A stretch of 39,913 nt of DNA from Clostridiales bacterium (GTDB lineage Bacteria; Bacillota; Clostridia; Oscillospirales; Oscillospiraceae), in the NCBI GenBank assembly GCA_020861055.1, contig JAJBTD010000046.1:1-39913 (forward strand), given 5' to 3'. The position numbers and the translations under genes were made by a program. Each line of letters begins with the position of its first letter. Positions within the stretch are counted from its first letter, which is position 1. The notes below the pieces were generated by a model. That model had not been told where the DNA came from, searched no databases, and saw only the letters and a program-made list of their open reading frames with translations. This document shows positions 36,624 to 39,913 of the stretch, piece by piece.

Positions 36624-38783
36624 ATGGCGGAAACATTCAATATCGCAGGCTATGCCCGCATCTCCGTAGACGACGAGCTGGACCGGGACAACGTATCCAT
36701 CGAGAACCAGAAGGCCATTATTCAGGACTTTGTGAAGCAGCGGTTCTCCGGCAGTACGTTGACCTTTTTCGAGGACCGGGACCGCTCCGGCTACACCTTC
36801 GAGCAGCGGGAGGGATACCAGGCCATGCGCCGGGGGCTGATGAGCCATCGGTACGACATTCTGGTGGTGAAGGATTTTTCCCGATTCTCCCGGCGCAACA
36901 GCCGGGGGCTGGTGGAGCTGGAGGACTTGCGAGACGCAGGGGTGCGCATGATCTCCATCGGAGACGGCATCGACTTCCCCAACGACGATGACTGGCTGAA
37001 AATTCAGTTTCAATTTCTCATCAACGAGATGCCGGTAACGGACACCAGCAAGAAGGTGCGTAACGTCATCAAACGCCGCCAGGCGGACGGTCAGTGGCTC
37101 TGCGCCGCGCCCTACGGCTATCTCATCAACAGGCGCAGGGAGTTCGAGGTCGTCCCCACAGAGGCCGACGTGATACGGCGCATCTTTGACCTCTACAACA
37201 ACGCGGGCTGGGGCTACAGGAAGATCGCCAACCATCTCACGGATGAGGGCATCCCCACCCCCCGGATGTCGGAGCAGATGCGGAAGGAGGCCCAGGGGGA
37301 GGCGTACAAGCGCAAAACCAAGTCGGCCTGGGCCATTGTGACGGTGCAGGGGATTCTGGACAACGATTTCTACATCGGCACTCTGCGCCAGGGCAAGTAC
37401 ACCCGGACGAAGATCAACGGCAGGGACGTCCGCCGGGACGACGGGGAGCAGATCGTCATTGAGAACCACCATCAGGCCATCATCGACTGCCGCACCTTCG
37501 CCACCACCCGCGCCCTGCGGGAGAAGCGCAGCCGGAACAACTACCGGGGCGTGAAGATCAACGACAACGTGTATTCCGGCTTTCTGGAGTGCGGCGACTG
37601 CGGCAGTCCCATGTTTGCCATGAGCCGCAAGGACTTGAAAGCCGCCTACACCTGCGGCACCTATCATCGCCGTGGCACAGCAGGATGCACCAGCCACCAT
37701 ATTCGGGTGGACAGGCTGGATGAGCTGCTGAAGCTCTATGTCCGGCGGGTCATGGAGCAGTCCGCCGCCATGCTGGAGCAGCTGAACGCCGATCTGAGCC
37801 AGGAGACGGCAGATGTGACAGAAACGGAACAGTCCGCCGACCATCTGGCCCAGGTGCTGGACGATTTGACCGGGGAGCTAAAGGCCACCAAACGACAGCG
37901 TATCCGGGACATGATGAAGCACCCGGAGCAGGAACGGCTGCTGGAGGAGACTTATGATGCGCTGGAAACCGACCTGCAACGGAAAATCGAAGGGCTGAAC
38001 CATCAAATCGACCTGCTCTCTGACAAGCGCAACACCATCCTCCGGGCCAACCGGGCGGCGAAAACGGCCATGGACGTTTTTGGGGACATTCTGGAGAAGG
38101 AGCATCTGGAACGCAACGACCTGGAGCTGCTCATCGACCGTATCAAGGTGTATGAAGACCATCTGGAGATTCAGCTCCAGCCGGACATCGATGCCCTGCT
38201 CCGGACGAGGGCGTCGGAGGAAGCGGTAAATTTTGACCGGGACACGGCGGAAAACCGCCAGGTCACCCTTGTCCAGCGTGCCAGACAGCACGCCGACAAG
38301 GTCTACCGTGTCCATGTGATCAGTGACGGCGACCCCCTGGAAATTTACACCGATAAGGACGGAGAGGTCATTTTTAAGAAATATTCCCTGATGGGGGACC
38401 TTCAGACGGTAGCCGGGCAGATCTGTGAGACGCTATACAAGACTACCGGCTGCCCTTCGGTCATCACCGATCGGGATACTGTCATCGCCGTTTCCGGGGC
38501 CTCCCGCCGGGAGCTGAGCGAGCGCCGGATCTCCTCTGCCCTGGAGGGCATTATGGAGGGACGTCAGGTCTATCAGTATCACGAAGGGGAGACGGAGGTG
38601 CAGGTGACGGAGGATGGCAGCAGCAGTCTCAAGGCGGCTCTGGCCGCCCCCATTCTCAGCGAGGGGGACGTTATGGGCTGCGTGGTCCTGGGCAGCCGGG
38701 AGCCGGGGCAGATCCTGGGGGAGACTGAGTACAAGCTCGTCCAGACGATGTCCGGCTTTTTGGGCCGGCATATGGAATCCTGA
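36624..38783 (+). CDS. Large serine recombinase fused in frame to the C-terminal 151 aa of SpoVT
   Basis: YARIS catalytic Ser, KDFSRFSR, APYGY recombinase domain, Zn ribbon CGDCG..YTC..GC, coiled coil, LLIDRIKVYE; from codon 569 it reads GDPLEIYTDKDGEVIFKKYS...FLGRHMES; RBS AAGGAGG. Confidence 0.93.
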   Translation: MAETFNIAGYARISVDDELDRDNVSIENQKAIIQDFVKQRFSGSTLTFFEDRDRSGYTFEQREGYQAMRRGLMSHRYDILVVKDFSRFSRRNSRGLVELEDLRDAGVRMISIGDGIDFPNDDDWLKIQFQFLINEMPVTDTSKKVRNVIKRRQADGQWLCAAPYGYLINRRREFEVVPTEADVIRRIFDLYNNAGWGYRKIANHLTDEGIPTPRMSEQMRKEAQGEAYKRKTKSAWAIVTVQGILDNDFYIGTLRQGKYTRTKINGRDVRRDDGEQIVIENHHQAIIDCRTFATTRALREKRSRNNYRGVKINDNVYSGFLECGDCGSPMFAMSRKDLKAAYTCGTYHRRGTAGCTSHHIRVDRLDELLKLYVRRVMEQSAAMLEQLNADLSQETADVTETEQSADHLAQVLDDLTGELKATKRQRIRDMMKHPEQERLLEETYDALETDLQRKIEGLNHQIDLLSDKRNTILRANRAAKTAMDVFGDILEKEHLERNDLELLIDRIKVYEDHLEIQLQPDIDALLRTRASEEAVNFDRDTAENRQVTLVQRARQHADKVYRVHVISDGDPLEIYTDKDGEVIFKKYSLMGDLQTVAGQICETLYKTTGCPSVITDRDTVIAVSGASRRELSERRISSALEGIMEGRQVYQYHEGETEVQVTEDGSSSLKAALAAPILSEGDVMGCVVLGSREPGQILGETEYKLVQTMSGFLGRHMES
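38311..38341 (+). mobile_element. Predicted hybrid attachment (crossover) site at the recombinase/spoVT junction
   Basis: Sequence switches from recombinase-like to SpoVT at about 38325-38330 (ISD|GDPLE versus native IRE|GDPLE); imperfect dyad TCCATGTGATC / GACCCCCTGGA (8 of 11 positions) flanks it. Confidence 0.55.
38328..38783 (+). pseudogene. spoVT: 3' segment of a split spoVT (end of the AbrB domain plus the intact GAF domain)
   Basis: GDPLEI..DGEVIFKKYS, ITDRDTVIAVSG, APILSEGDVMGCV and FLGRHME match SpoVT from about residue 31 to the C-terminus; 30+151 aa is about full SpoVT length. Confidence 0.9.
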
Positions 38784-38786
38784 GCG

Positions 38787-38827
38787 CGTTCCGGCCCGCC
38801 GCCAGATGGGAGCGGTGGGCCGGAACG
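38787..38827 (+). terminator. Stem-loop immediately after the spoVT segment
   Basis: CGTTCCGGCCCGCCGC/GCGGTGGGCCGGAACG 16-bp stem (one G-U pair); weak U-tract. Confidence 0.65.
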
Positions 38828-38902
38828 TGTGCCTGAACCCTGTTTTGAGCGGGAATTGGTTCACATAATGACGAAAACCCTGCGTTTTTTTCGAAAAAAC
38901 TC

Positions 38903-38931
38903 TTTACAGGATTTTGATTCTGGAGTAGAAT
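38903..38931 (+). promoter_or_regulatory. Sigma-A promoter for ireB
   Basis: TTTACA-17 bp-TAGAAT with an A/T-rich upstream tract. Confidence 0.6.
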
Positions 38932-38988
38932 AGAAAAAAAGATTATCCAATCTGGGTCATGATACTGCGATATGGAGGTGTGATCGAA

Positions 38989-39234
38989 ATGTCTGACTTC
39001 ACCCGGCGTTTTGATGTGTATAAGGATGAGGACTGGGATACCAGGGCGATTCTGACCGAGGTATATCGCTCTCTGGAGGAAAAGGGTTATAACCCGATCA
39101 ACCAGATCGTTGGTTACATCCTGTCGGAAGATCCCACCTATATCACCAATTACAATAACGCCAGAGCCCTGATCCGCCGTCTGGACCGGAATGAGCTGCT
39201 CCAGGAACTGCTTCGGTATTATCTGGGTGTGTAA
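38989..39234 (+). CDS. ireB: IreB/ReoM (DUF965) regulatory phosphoprotein
   Basis: [32 protein letters not shown]; ATG 38989 after GGAGGTG. Confidence 0.93.
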   Translation: MSDFTRRFDVYKDEDWDTRAILTEVYRSLEEKGYNPINQIVGYILSEDPTYITNYNNARALIRRLDRNELLQELLRYYLGV

Positions 39235-39255
39235 TTCTTCCCCAAGTCCATTGAG

Positions 39256-39300
39256 AAAACGCTGTTGCGAGGCCCGAAGAGGGCTTTGCAGCAGCGTTTT
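39256..39300. terminator. Bidirectional terminator between ireB and the sortase gene
   Basis: AAAACGCTGTTGCGAGGCCC/GGGCTTTGCAGCAGCGTTTT with A/T tails on both sides. Confidence 0.75.
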
Positions 39301-39365
39301 GATCTCTATCCTGATTGGGCTGTGTTATTTCCCTGGAAAGATGCAGTGGATAATGCCGTTCTCTG

Positions 39366-39913
39366 TCAATCCGTCCTGGAGCACCGCACCGTCACACGGG
39401 TCCGCCCGCCTATCGTGCAGGTGAACAGGGTCAGGTCCCACTCGCCGTTTTCCTGGCTGACCATTTCCTCTACGTCGGTGGGCTGGAGGATAACGACCTC
39501 CTCCACCTGGTAGGTGAACACGTTTCCGTCCACGTCGGTGAACAAAATTTCGTCCCCCGCCTCCAGGTTTTTCAGGTTGCCGAAGTGGCGCTCGTAGTTG
39601 TGGCCGCAGATGATCAGGTCGTCCGTCCAAACCGAGCCCTGATACCGCCCTGGGGCAATTTTGAGGCCCGGATAGCTCCACTCGCTCATGACCGGCAGCT
39701 CCAGCCCGAAGCGGGAAATGGTGAGGGTGCCGATATAGTCATAGCCGTCGATCTCGATGGTGGACATCTCCGTCTTTGTCTCGCCGTAGTCAGAGACGGA
39801 CAGATCGGGCGTCAAAGCCGCCTCCTCGATCTGCTCCTCCAACTGGAGGGCGACCTCCGTCGCCGCGTCCTGGGCCTGCTGCGCCTCCCACTGGTTGTAC
39901 AGGAAAAGGGACA
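39366..39913 (-). CDS. Sortase (5' end outside the window)
   Basis: ICGHN, LTLFTC and downstream Arg form the catalytic triad; the frame is open to the window edge. Confidence 0.88.
   Translation of the reverse strand, partial: SLFLYNQWEAQQAQDAATEVALQLEEQIEEAALTPDLSVSDYGETKTEMSTIEIDGYDYIGTLTISRFGLELPVMSEWSYPGLKIAPGRYQGSVWTDDLIICGHNYERHFGNLKNLEAGDEILFTDVDGNVFTYQVEEVVILQPTDVEEMVSQENGEWDLTLFTCTIGGRTRVTVRCSRTD

Noticed and set aside
1-39913. CRISPR array, rRNA or IS transposase
   Set aside because: No regularly spaced repeats, rRNA-like sequence or transposase motifs were seen

Overview
GC-rich chromosomal window from a spore-forming Clostridia-type bacterium (the gene set and style suggest Oscillospiraceae, which is an inference). 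The left ~19 kb is mostly core: dnaE (truncated), LURP-one, whiA-yvcK-rapZ-murB, a metallophosphoesterase, three small hypothetical genes behind a sigma-K-like promoter, tagO/wecA, trpS, DUF975, tyrA, tRNA-Pro(UGG), rarA, guaD, a 56-aa gene missing from the ORF track, an acyl-CoA synthetase, Dabb and rubrerythrin. From 19 to 36 kb is accessory: an MBOAT O-acyltransferase operon with two LRR+SGNH-like surface proteins, a divergent rhamnulokinase, and a LytTR two-component-linked GH78/MFS/GH3 rhamnoglycoside locus. The standout feature is at 36.2-38.8 kb. A small ORF is followed by a large serine recombinase whose reading frame runs straight into the 3' ~151 codons of the forespore regulator spoVT, cut inside its AbrB DNA-binding domain. 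I could not find the missing 5' ~30 codons anywhere in the window, and forespore-like promoters precede the cassette. This suggests a split spoVT rebuilt by programmed site-specific recombination. The window ends with ireB and a partial sortase gene. All calls come from motif recognition by eye; no database searches were run.
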